From a virus (lineage: Duplodnaviria > Heunggongvirae > Uroviricota > Caudoviricetes): DNA of 46,959 bases. The position numbers and the translations under genes are program-made. Below are positions 38,693 to 46,959 of the stretch, piece by piece; the stretch's first letter is position 1; each line of letters starts with the position of its first letter. The stretch lies in IMG/VR virus record IMGVR_UViG_2681813454_000002, positions 1 through 46,959 of that record; one strand, 5' to 3'. Under the pieces are notes generated by a model. The model saw only the letters and a list, made by a program, of their open reading frames with translations, was not told where the DNA came from and did no database searches.

Positions 38693-41600
38693 ATGGGAAA
38701 AGGTGGCGGTAAGGCACACACGCCTCGTGAGGCGAAGGATAATCTCAAATCCACGCAGATGATGAGTGTGATTGATGCGATTGGTGAGGGACCGATAGAA
38801 GGTCCGGTGAAGGGACTGCAGAGTATTCTGGTGAACAAAACCCCGCTGACGGACACGGACGGTAATCCCGTGATACACGGTGTGACCGCGGTCTGGCGTG
38901 CCGGGGAGCAGGAGCAGACACCACCGGAAGGCTTTGAGTCCTCCGGAGCTGAAACCGGACTGGGCGTGGAAGTGACGAAGGCAAAACCGGTGACGCGCAC
39001 CATTACGTCCGCGAACATTGACCGCCTGCGGGTTACCTTCGGGGTGCAGTCACTGGTGCAGACCACGTCAAAGGGTGACCGTAACCCGACATCCGTCCGC
39101 CTGCTGATTCAGTTACAGCGTAACGGTAACTGGGTGACAGAAAAGGACGTCACCATTAACGGCAAGACCACCTCACAGTTCCTGGCCTCGGTGATTCTGG
39201 ATAATCTGCCTCCCCGGCCCTTTAACATCCGGATGGTCCGGGAGACGGCGGACAGCACCACGGACCAGCTGCAGAATAAGACGCTCTGGTCGTCATACAC
39301 CGAAATCATCGATGTGAAACAGTGCTACCCGAACACGGCCATTGTGGGGCTGCAGGTGGATGCGGAGCAGTTCGGCGGCCAGCAGATGACGGTGAACTAC
39401 CATATCCGCGGTCGTATCATCCAGGTGCCGTCAAACTATGACCCGGAAAAACGCACGTACAGTGGTATCTGGGACGGCAGTCTGAAACCGGCATACAGCA
39501 ACAACCCGGCCTGGTGCCTGTGGGACATGCTGACTCACCCGCGCTACGGCATGGGAAAACGTCTGGGGGCGGCGGATGTGGACAAGTGGGCGCTGTATGC
39601 CATCGGGCAGTACTGCGATCAGACGGTCCCGGATGGTTTCGGGGGGACCGAGCCGCGGATGACCTTTAATGCGTACCTGGCACAACAGCGTAAGGCGTGG
39701 GACGTTCTCAGTGATTTCTGCTCTGCGATGCGCTGTATGCCGGTATGGAACGGTCAGACGCTGACGTTCGTTCAGGACCGCCCGTCGGATGTGGTGTGGC
39801 CGTACACCAACAGCGATGTGGTGGTGGATGATAACGGCGTGGGATTCCGCTACAGCTTCAGTGCCCTGAAGGACCGGCACACGGCGGTGGAGGTGAATTA
39901 CACCGACCCGCAGAACGGCTGGCAGACCTCCACGGAACTGGTGGAAGACCCGGAAGCCATACTGCGCTACGGACGCAACCTGCTGAAGATGGACGCGTTC
40001 GGCTGTACCAGCCGCGGTCAGGCCCACCGTGCCGGACTGTGGGTGATAAAGACCGAACTGCTGGAAACGCAGACGGTGGATTTCACGCTCGGGTCTCAGG
40101 GGCTGCGGCACACACCCGGTGACATCATTGAAATCTGTGATAACGACTATGCCGGGATCCTGACCGGCGGACGTGTCCTGTCCATTGATGCTGCCACCCG
40201 CACCCTGACGCTGGACCGTGAAGTGACACTTCCGGAGACCGGTGCCGCCACGGTGAACCTGATTAACGGCAGCGGTAAGCCAGTGAGTGTGGACATCACC
40301 GAACACCCCGCGCCGGACCGGATACAGGTCAGTACCCTGCCTGATGGTGTGGAGACATACGGGGTGTGGGGACTCTCCCTGCCGTCACTGCGCCGTCGCC
40401 TGTTCCGCTGTGTCTCCGTCCGGGAAAACACGGACGGCACCTTTGCCATCACGGCGGTGCAGCACGTACCGGAAAAAGAAGCCATCGTGGATAACGGTGC
40501 CCGCTTTGAGCCGCAGTCAGGTTCCCTGAACAGCGTCATCCCACCGGCAGTGCAGCACCTGACGGTGGAGGTGAGCGCAGCTGACGGCCAGTATCTGGCG
40601 CAGGCGAAATGGGACACGCCGCGGGTGGTGAAGGGTGTGCGCTTCAGTCTGCGCCTGACCAGTGGTAAGGGAACGGATGCCAGACTGGTGACCACCGCCA
40701 TCACCGCAGACACGGAGCACCGTTTCAGCGGCCTGCCGCTCGGGGAATACACCCTGACGGTGCGGGCGATAAACAGCTATGGCCAGCAGGGTGAACCTGC
40801 CACCACCACCTTCCGGATTGCCGCACCGGCAGCACCGTCGCGGATTGAGCTGACGCCGGGCTATTTTCAGATAACCGCCACGCCGCATCTTGCCGTTTAT
40901 GACCCGACGGTACAGTTTGAGTTCTGGTTCTCGGAAAAGCGGATTGCGGATATCAGGCAGGTTGAAACCGCAGCCCGCTATCTTGGCTCGGCGCTGTACT
41001 GGATAGCTGCCAGTATCAATATCAAACCGGGCCATGATTATTATTTTTATATCCGCAGTGTGAATACTGTTGGCAAATCGGCATTCGTGGAGGCTGTCGG
41101 TCGGGCGAGCGATGATGCGGAAGGTTACCTGGATTTTTTCAAAGGAGAAATCGGGAAAACACATCTGGCCCAGGAGCTGTGGACGCAGATTGATAACGGT
41201 CAGCTTGCGCCGGACCTGGCTGAAATCAGGACGTCCATTACGAATGTCAGCAATGAAATCACGCAGACCGTCAATAAAAAACTGGAAAATCAGAGTGCGG
41301 CAATCCAGCAGATACAGAAAGTTCAGGTTGATACAAATAATAACCTGAACAGCATGTGGGCCGTGAAACTGCAGCAGATGCAGGACGGACGCCTTTATAT
41401 TGCGGGTATCGGTGCCGGTATTGAGAATACGCCAGCAGGAATGCAGAGTCAGGTGCTGCTGGCGGCAGACAGGATTGCGATGATTAATCCTGCGAATGGC
41501 AACACAAAGCCGATGTTTGTTGGTCAGGGCGATCAGATATTTATGAATGAAGTGTTCCTGAAATATCTGACGGCTCCCACCATTACCAGCGGCGGTAATC

Positions 41601-42166
41601 CTCCGGCATTTTCCCTGACACCGGACGGGCGGCTGACGGCGAAAAATGCCGATATCAGCGGTAACGTGAATGCGAACTCCGGGACGCTCAACAACGTCAC
41701 GATTAACGAGAACTGTCGGGTTCTGGGAAAATTGTCCGCGAACCAGATTGAAGGCGATCTCGTTAAAACAGTGGGCAAAGCTTTCCCCCGGGACTCCCGT
41801 GCACCGGAGCGGTGGCCATCAGGAACCATTACCGTCAGGGTTTATGACGATCAGCCGTTTGACCGGCAGATTGTTATTCCGGCGGTGGCATTCAGCGGCG
41901 CTAAACATGAGAAAGAGCATACTGATATTTACTCCTCATGCCGTCTGATAGTGCGGAAAAACGGTGCTGAAATTTATAACCGTACCGCGCTGGATAATAC
42001 GCTGATTTACAGTGGTGTTATTGATATGCCTGCCGGTCACGGTCACATGACACTGGAGTTTTCGGTGTCAGCATGGCTGGTAAATAACTGGTATCCCACA
42101 GCAAGTATCAGCGATTTGCTGGTTGTGGTGATGAAGAAAGCCACTGCAGGCATCACGATTAGCTGA
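38693..42166 (+). CDS. J: Central tail fiber / host specificity protein J
   Basis: 1157 aa, lambda gpJ-like over most of its length; the C-terminal about 150 aa differ from lambda. Confidence 0.95.
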   Translation: MGKGGGKAHTPREAKDNLKSTQMMSVIDAIGEGPIEGPVKGLQSILVNKTPLTDTDGNPVIHGVTAVWRAGEQEQTPPEGFESSGAETGLGVEVTKAKPVTRTITSANIDRLRVTFGVQSLVQTTSKGDRNPTSVRLLIQLQRNGNWVTEKDVTINGKTTSQFLASVILDNLPPRPFNIRMVRETADSTTDQLQNKTLWSSYTEIIDVKQCYPNTAIVGLQVDAEQFGGQQMTVNYHIRGRIIQVPSNYDPEKRTYSGIWDGSLKPAYSNNPAWCLWDMLTHPRYGMGKRLGAADVDKWALYAIGQYCDQTVPDGFGGTEPRMTFNAYLAQQRKAWDVLSDFCSAMRCMPVWNGQTLTFVQDRPSDVVWPYTNSDVVVDDNGVGFRYSFSALKDRHTAVEVNYTDPQNGWQTSTELVEDPEAILRYGRNLLKMDAFGCTSRGQAHRAGLWVIKTELLETQTVDFTLGSQGLRHTPGDIIEICDNDYAGILTGGRVLSIDAATRTLTLDREVTLPETGAATVNLINGSGKPVSVDITEHPAPDRIQVSTLPDGVETYGVWGLSLPSLRRRLFRCVSVRENTDGTFAITAVQHVPEKEAIVDNGARFEPQSGSLNSVIPPAVQHLTVEVSAADGQYLAQAKWDTPRVVKGVRFSLRLTSGKGTDARLVTTAITADTEHRFSGLPLGEYTLTVRAINSYGQQGEPATTTFRIAAPAAPSRIELTPGYFQITATPHLAVYDPTVQFEFWFSEKRIADIRQVETAARYLGSALYWIAASINIKPGHDYYFYIRSVNTVGKSAFVEAVGRASDDAEGYLDFFKGEIGKTHLAQELWTQIDNGQLAPDLAEIRTSITNVSNEITQTVNKKLENQSAAIQQIQKVQVDTNNNLNSMWAVKLQQMQDGRLYIAGIGAGIENTPAGMQSQVLLAADRIAMINPANGNTKPMFVGQGDQIFMNEVFLKYLTAPTITSGGNPPAFSLTPDGRLTAKNADISGNVNANSGTLNNVTINENCRVLGKLSANQIEGDLVKTVGKAFPRDSRAPERWPSGTITVRVYDDQPFDRQIVIPAVAFSGAKHEKEHTDIYSSCRLIVRKNGAEIYNRTALDNTLIYSGVIDMPAGHGHMTLEFSVSAWLVNNWYPTASISDLLVVVMKKATAGITIS

Positions 42167-42185
42167 ATTTTATAACCCAGATACG

Positions 42186-42210
42186 GGCGCCAGAAATGGC
42201 GCCTTTTTTA
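42186..42210 (+). terminator. Intrinsic terminator after J
   Basis: GGCGCC-AGAAAT-GGCGCC followed by TTTTTT. Confidence 0.55.
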
Positions 42211-42233
42211 TTGCAGAAAAGCGAGAGGTAATT

Positions 42234-42833
42234 ATGCGTAAATTATGTGCTGTTATTTTGTCCGCAGTAGTCTGGCAGGTCGCCGCTGCTACGCCAGCGA
42301 GTGCAGCAGAACATCAGTCCACGCTGAGCGCGGGGTATCTCCATGCCTCGACGAACGTTCCCGGTAGTGATGATCTGAACGGGATTAACGTGAAATACCG
42401 TTATGAGTTTACGGACGCGCTGGGGCTGATTACGTCCTTCAGTTATGCCAATGCTGAGGATGAGCAAAAAACGCGCTACAGCGATACCCGCTGGCATGAA
42501 GATTCCGTGCGTAACCGCTGGTTCAGCGTGATGGCGGGGCCGTCTGTACGCGTGAATGAATGGTTCAGCGCGTATGCGATGGTGGGTGTGGCTTACAGCC
42601 GTGTGTCGACTTTCTCCGGGGATTATCTCCGCGTAACTGACAACAAGGGGAAAACGCACGATGTGCTGACCGGAAGTGATGACGGTCGCCACAGCAACAC
42701 GTCTCTGGCGTGGGGGGCTGGCGTGCAGTTTAATCCGACCGAATCCGTGACCATTGACCTTGCTTATGAAGGTTCCGGTAGTGGCGACTGGCGAACGGAT
42801 GCATTTATTGTTGGTATCGGATACCGTTTCTGA
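42234..42833 (+). CDS. lom: Lom-like outer membrane beta-barrel protein (Ail/Lom family)
   Basis: Signal peptide then ..INVKYRYEFTD.. and C-terminal ..YEGSGSGDWRTDAFIVGIGYRF. Confidence 0.9.
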   Translation: MRKLCAVILSAVVWQVAAATPASAAEHQSTLSAGYLHASTNVPGSDDLNGINVKYRYEFTDALGLITSFSYANAEDEQKTRYSDTRWHEDSVRNRWFSVMAGPSVRVNEWFSAYAMVGVAYSRVSTFSGDYLRVTDNKGKTHDVLTGSDDGRHSNTSLAWGAGVQFNPTESVTIDLAYEGSGSGDWRTDAFIVGIGYRF

Positions 42834-42938
42834 CAACAGACGCCGATTTATCTTCTGTAAATATTGTTATGATACGCAGGTTCATCCACCTTATGGGGTG
42901 AACTGCGTTTGAGGAAACGTAAAGTTACACTGTCCTGA

Positions 42939-42971
42939 AGCCCGTGGCGTCACTGCTGCGGGCTTTTTTTA
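42939..42971 (+). terminator. Intrinsic terminator after lom
   Basis: GCCCG..CGGGC stem followed by TTTTTTT. Confidence 0.5.
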
Positions 42972-42984
42972 TTGGTGGAAAAGT

Positions 42985-45900
42985 ATGACAGTAAAAATTT
43001 CTGGCGTGCTTAAAGATGGCACAGGAAAACCAGTACAGAACTGCACCATTGTGCTGAAGGCCAGACGAACCAGCAGCACGGTGGTGGTGAACACGGTGGC
43101 CTCTGAAAATCCGGATGAAGCCGGACGTTACAGCATGGATGTTGAGCATGGTCAGTACAGCGTCACCCTGCTGGTTGAAGGTTTTCCGCCTTCACATGCC
43201 GGGACCATTACCGTCTATGAAGGTTCCAGACCAGGTACGCTGAATGATTTTCTCGGTGCCATGACGGAGGATGATGTCCGACCGGAGGCACTGCGCCGCT
43301 TTGAGCAGATGGTGGAAGAGGTGTCACGTAACGCCTCCGCGGTTGCACAGAATACGGCAGCCGCGAAAAAATCAGCCAGCGATGCCAGTGCATCAGCCAG
43401 CGAGGCGGCAACTCATGCAACCGATGCTGCAGCCTCAGCACGTGCCGCCAGCACGTCAGCCGGACAGGCCGCGTCGTCGGCTCAGTCAGCGTCTTCCAGC
43501 GCAGGAACGGCATCGACAAAGGCCCGTGAAGCAGCAAAAAGTGCTGCTGCTGCAGAGTCATCAAAAAGCGCGGCAGCTACCAGCGCCAGTGCCGCGAAAA
43601 CGTCAGAAACGAATGCCGCAGCATCACAAAAATCGGCAGCCACTTCTGCATCCACAGCGACCACGAAGGCGTCAGAAGCTGCCACCTCGGCACGGGGTGC
43701 GGCGGCCTCAAAAGAGGCAGCGAAATCTTCAGAAACGAATGCATCATCAAGTGCCAGTAGTGCAGCTTCCTCGGCAACGGCGGCAGGAAATTCCGCGAAG
43801 GCGGCAAAAACGTCCGAGACGAACGCTAAGTCTTCTGAAACAGCAGCGGGACAGAGCGCCTCAGCTGCGGCAGGTTCAAAAACAGCGGCTGCATTATCTG
43901 CCAGTGCCGCGTCAACAAGTGCCGGGCAGGCCTCAGCCAGTGCCACCGCCGCCGGAAAATCGGCAGAAAGCGCCGCATCATCCGCTTCAACAGCCACAAC
44001 GAAGGCTGGCAAAGCCACTGAGCAAGCCACTGCAGCAGCGAGGTCTGCTTCTGCAGCAAAAACCTCTGAAACAAATGCAAAGACTTCAGCAGACAATGCT
44101 GCTTCCTCTAAGGCGGCAGCCGCATCGTCAGCCAGTTCAGCGGCGTCATCGGCATCATCTGCGTCTGCTTCAAAAGATGAGGCGACCAGACAAGCGTCAG
44201 CAGCGAAAGGTAGTGCCACGACAGCAACAACGAAAGCATCAGAGGCGGCAGGCAGTGCGACGGCTGCATCTCAGAGCAAAGTTGCTGCTGAATCCGCGGC
44301 AACGCGCGCCGAGACAGCAGCAAAACGGGCAGAGGATATTGCATCCGCCGTAGCGCTGGAGGATGCGAGCACGACGAAAAAGGGGATAGTACAGCTCAGC
44401 AGTGCAACAAACAGCACCAGTGAAAAGCTGGCGGCAACGCCAAAGGCAGTTAAAACTGTTAAAGATAGTTCAGTTCAAAAAACTGGCGACACAATGGGAG
44501 GGCAGTTAAAAATCAGCACGATAAATGCTCTTCGAATATTCAACCAAGCCTTTGGCCTTATTTTTAGGCGTTCCGAAGATCATCTTCATCTTATTCCGAC
44601 TAATGAAGGGGAGGGGGAAAATGGAGACATCGGTTCATTAAGACCATTCTCTATAAACTTAAGATCAGGGTTGGTGTCCATCGGTAATGGACTAAAAGTT
44701 GGTGGTAGTGTTACTGGTAATTTGACCGGAAACGCAGATACTGCGACCAAGATCAAGACAGCACGTAAGATTGGGGGCGTGGCATTTGATGGATCGGCAG
44801 ATATCAACTTGCCTGGAGTCAACGCTACCGGTAATCAAAACACTACAGGTAATGCTGCGACCGCCACGAAACTTCAGGCAGCCAGAACGATTAACGGTGT
44901 GTCATTTGATGGTAGTGCAAATATCACATTGACCCCTTCAAATATTGGGGCATTGGCATTAACTGGAGGGACTCTTTCAGGTGGTTTAACTGCTGCTGGT
45001 GAGGTTATTTCAAGGTCAGCAAATGGTCTGCGTATTGCCTATGGCAACTATGGATTCTTTATCCGAAATGATGGATCAAACACATATTTTATGTTGACAG
45101 ATTCGGGTAACAGTCTTGGTACGCACAATAGCTTAAGGCCGTTTATAATTAGTAACCATACTGGCAATGTTACAATTGCAACTAAATTAAACGCGAGTGG
45201 TGGTATCACTGGATCTTTATCGGGTAATGCAAGCACAGCAACCAAATTGCAAACTGCAAGGACAATTAACGGCGTAAAATTTGACGGCTCGGCAAATATT
45301 GAAGCGTTTCCGCCAGGTGTTCCGCTGCCGTGGCCATCAGATACACCACCTGCAGGTTATGCAATCATGCAGGGGCAGACGTTTGATAAGGCAGCATATC
45401 CGAAACTGGCTATTGCCTATCCTTCAGGTGTTATTCCAGATATGCGCGGCTGGACAATCAAGGGCAAACCCGCCAGTGGCCGGGCCGTATTGTCTCAGGA
45501 ACAGGACGGCATTAAATCGCACACCCACAGCGCCAGCGCATCCAGTACGGATTTAGGGACGAAAACCACATCGTCGTTTGATTACGGCACTAAATCCACG
45601 AATAACACCGGGGCGCATACGCACAGTCTGAGTGGCTCTACGGGGTCTGCCGGTGTTCATACTCATGGTAATGGTATTCGTTGGCCAGGAGGCGGCGGTT
45701 CTGCGTTAGCATTTTATGATGGCGGTGGGTTCACTTATGTCCAGGATTCACAGTATCAAGTAAGCCCGGGGACTTCTTCCCGTAGATCGTATTATCAACG
45801 TATTCAGACACAGTCAGCAGGTGCTCATACCCACTCGCTGTCTGGTACTGCAGCAAGTTCTGGCGCACATGCACATACTGTAGGTATTGGTGCGCATACG

Positions 45901-46011
45901 CACTCCGTTGCGATTGGTTCACATGGACACACCATCACCGTTAACGCTGCTGGTAACGCGGAAAACACCGTCAAAAACATCGCATTTAACTATATTGTGA
46001 GGCTTGCATAA
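42985..46011 (+). CDS. stf: Side tail fiber protein Stf (1008 aa)
   Basis: N-terminus [22 protein letters not shown]..; long Ala/Ser/Thr-rich repeat region; C-terminal His-rich GAHTHS repeats and ..[22 protein letters not shown]. Confidence 0.9.
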   Translation: MTVKISGVLKDGTGKPVQNCTIVLKARRTSSTVVVNTVASENPDEAGRYSMDVEHGQYSVTLLVEGFPPSHAGTITVYEGSRPGTLNDFLGAMTEDDVRPEALRRFEQMVEEVSRNASAVAQNTAAAKKSASDASASASEAATHATDAAASARAASTSAGQAASSAQSASSSAGTASTKAREAAKSAAAAESSKSAAATSASAAKTSETNAAASQKSAATSASTATTKASEAATSARGAAASKEAAKSSETNASSSASSAASSATAAGNSAKAAKTSETNAKSSETAAGQSASAAAGSKTAAALSASAASTSAGQASASATAAGKSAESAASSASTATTKAGKATEQATAAARSASAAKTSETNAKTSADNAASSKAAAASSASSAASSASSASASKDEATRQASAAKGSATTATTKASEAAGSATAASQSKVAAESAATRAETAAKRAEDIASAVALEDASTTKKGIVQLSSATNSTSEKLAATPKAVKTVKDSSVQKTGDTMGGQLKISTINALRIFNQAFGLIFRRSEDHLHLIPTNEGEGENGDIGSLRPFSINLRSGLVSIGNGLKVGGSVTGNLTGNADTATKIKTARKIGGVAFDGSADINLPGVNATGNQNTTGNAATATKLQAARTINGVSFDGSANITLTPSNIGALALTGGTLSGGLTAAGEVISRSANGLRIAYGNYGFFIRNDGSNTYFMLTDSGNSLGTHNSLRPFIISNHTGNVTIATKLNASGGITGSLSGNASTATKLQTARTINGVKFDGSANIEAFPPGVPLPWPSDTPPAGYAIMQGQTFDKAAYPKLAIAYPSGVIPDMRGWTIKGKPASGRAVLSQEQDGIKSHTHSASASSTDLGTKTTSSFDYGTKSTNNTGAHTHSLSGSTGSAGVHTHGNGIRWPGGGGSALAFYDGGGFTYVQDSQYQVSPGTSSRRSYYQRIQTQSAGAHTHSLSGTAASSGAHAHTVGIGAHTHSVAIGSHGHTITVNAAGNAENTVKNIAFNYIVRLA

Positions 46012-46595
46012 TGGCATTCAGAATGAGTGAACAAGCACGGACCATAAAAATTTATAATCTGCTGGCCGGAACTAATGAATTTATTGGTGAAGGTGACGCA
46101 TATATTCCGCCTCATACAGGTCTGCCAGCAAACAGTACCGATATTGCACCACCAGATATTCCTGCTGGCTTTGTGGCTGTTTTCAACAGTGATGAGGCAT
46201 CGTGGCATCTCGTTGAAGACCATCGGGGTAAAACGGTTTATGACGTAGCGTCAGGGGACGAGTTATTTATTTCTGAACTCGGTCCGTTACCGGAAAATGT
46301 TACCTGGTTATCGCCGGAAGGGGAGTTTCAGAAGTGGAACGGCACAGCCTGGGTGAAGGATACGGAAGCAGAAAAACTGTTCCGGATCCGGGAGGCGGAA
46401 GAAACAAAAAACAACCTGATGCAGGTAGCCAGTGAGCATATTGCGCCGCTTCAGGATGCTGCAGATCTGGAAATTGCAACGGAGGAAGAAACCTCATTGC
46501 TGGAAGCCTGGAAAAAGTATCGGGTGTTGCTGAACCGTGTTGATACATCAACTGCACCTGATATTGAGTGGCCTACGAACCCTGTCAGGGAGTAA
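46011..46595 (+). CDS. tfa: Tail fiber assembly protein Tfa
   Basis: 194 aa, lambda Tfa-like ([24 protein letters not shown]..); TAATG overlap with stf. Confidence 0.9.
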   Translation: MAFRMSEQARTIKIYNLLAGTNEFIGEGDAYIPPHTGLPANSTDIAPPDIPAGFVAVFNSDEASWHLVEDHRGKTVYDVASGDELFISELGPLPENVTWLSPEGEFQKWNGTAWVKDTEAEKLFRIREAEETKNNLMQVASEHIAPLQDAADLEIATEEETSLLEAWKKYRVLLNRVDTSTAPDIEWPTNPVRE

Positions 46596-46608
46596 TCATT
46601 GGGATTAT

Positions 46609-46642
46609 GCCGCAGCACGTCTTAAGCAAGAACGTGCTGCGG
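46609..46642. terminator. Inverted repeat between the convergent tfa and dinI-like genes
   Basis: GCCGCAGCACGT-CTTAAGCAAGA-ACGTGCTGCGG, about 11-bp stem, no clear U-tract. Confidence 0.35.
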
Positions 46643-46710
46643 TTGGATGGTGAACTTTCGATAGTGCGAGTATTGAATGATTTCCAGCCGTTACAGATTT
46701 TACGTGCTAA

Positions 46711-46959
46711 TTAGTGAACAAACCACTCGTCAGCAGACTCCCAGGTATCTTTCAGAGTTTCCTGAACAAAAGTTTTAGCTGAATCTTTATCGGCGGTGCG
46801 CGTAACAGAAAGGCCATCGTTGCTGGTAGCTTTTACGATCACCTCTACATCGTCATAACGTTTACTGATGCGTCGGGTTAATTCTTCCTTTAACGCATCC
46901 ACAGCACCGGTTGGCATTTTAGTCATTTTTTCTTTGGCTATGCAGATTTCAATACGCAT
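46711..46959 (-). CDS. DinI-family damage-inducible protein
   Basis: [35 protein letters not shown]...[15 protein letters not shown] resembles DinI; start codon at the window edge (46957-46959). Confidence 0.8.
   Translation of the reverse strand: MRIEICIAKEKMTKMPTGAVDALKEELTRRISKRYDDVEVIVKATSNDGLSVTRTADKDSAKTFVQETLKDTWESADEWFVH

Noticed and set aside
43482-44219. 245-aa Ala-rich ORF on the minus strand
   Set aside because: Antisense frame of the stf repeat region; an artefact of repetitive GCN-rich codons
43271-44353. 360-aa Arg/Gln/Pro-rich ORF on the plus strand
   Set aside because: Alternative frame of the repetitive GC-rich stf tract; low-complexity translation wholly inside a well-supported gene

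Overview
This window is almost entirely one lambdoid prophage of an enterobacterial (E. coli/Shigella-like) host, running from the integrase at the left edge (attL lies outside the window) to a DinI-like gene at the right edge. All calls are from reading the sequence and the six-frame track; no database search was run, so similarities to lambda, phage 21, P22 or P1 are from memory. The packaging, head and tail module (cos, Nu1, A, W, B, C/Nu3, D, E, FI, FII, Z, U, V, G/G-T, H, M, L, K, I, J, lom, stf, tfa; about 22.9-46.6 kb) is nearly collinear with phage lambda. The other modules are not lambda-like: an LexA-type CI repressor flanked by TTGATAC operator repeats with no recognisable Cro, tandem Rha-family genes, an O-like/DnaC-like/DnaB-like replication trio, RusA, a Q-like antiterminator with PR'/tR', a frameshifted orphan DNA methyltransferase, three tRNA genes, and a phage-21-type pinholin/SAR-endolysin lysis cassette. 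The most interesting unexplained features are two about 220-bp structured direct repeats in the late-region slot where Stx phages carry stx, a promoter-plus-terminator short transcript upstream of the second Rha gene, and a low-GC accessory island of uncharacterised genes downstream of the leftward early promoter. I found no CRISPR array, IS element, rRNA or toxin gene.
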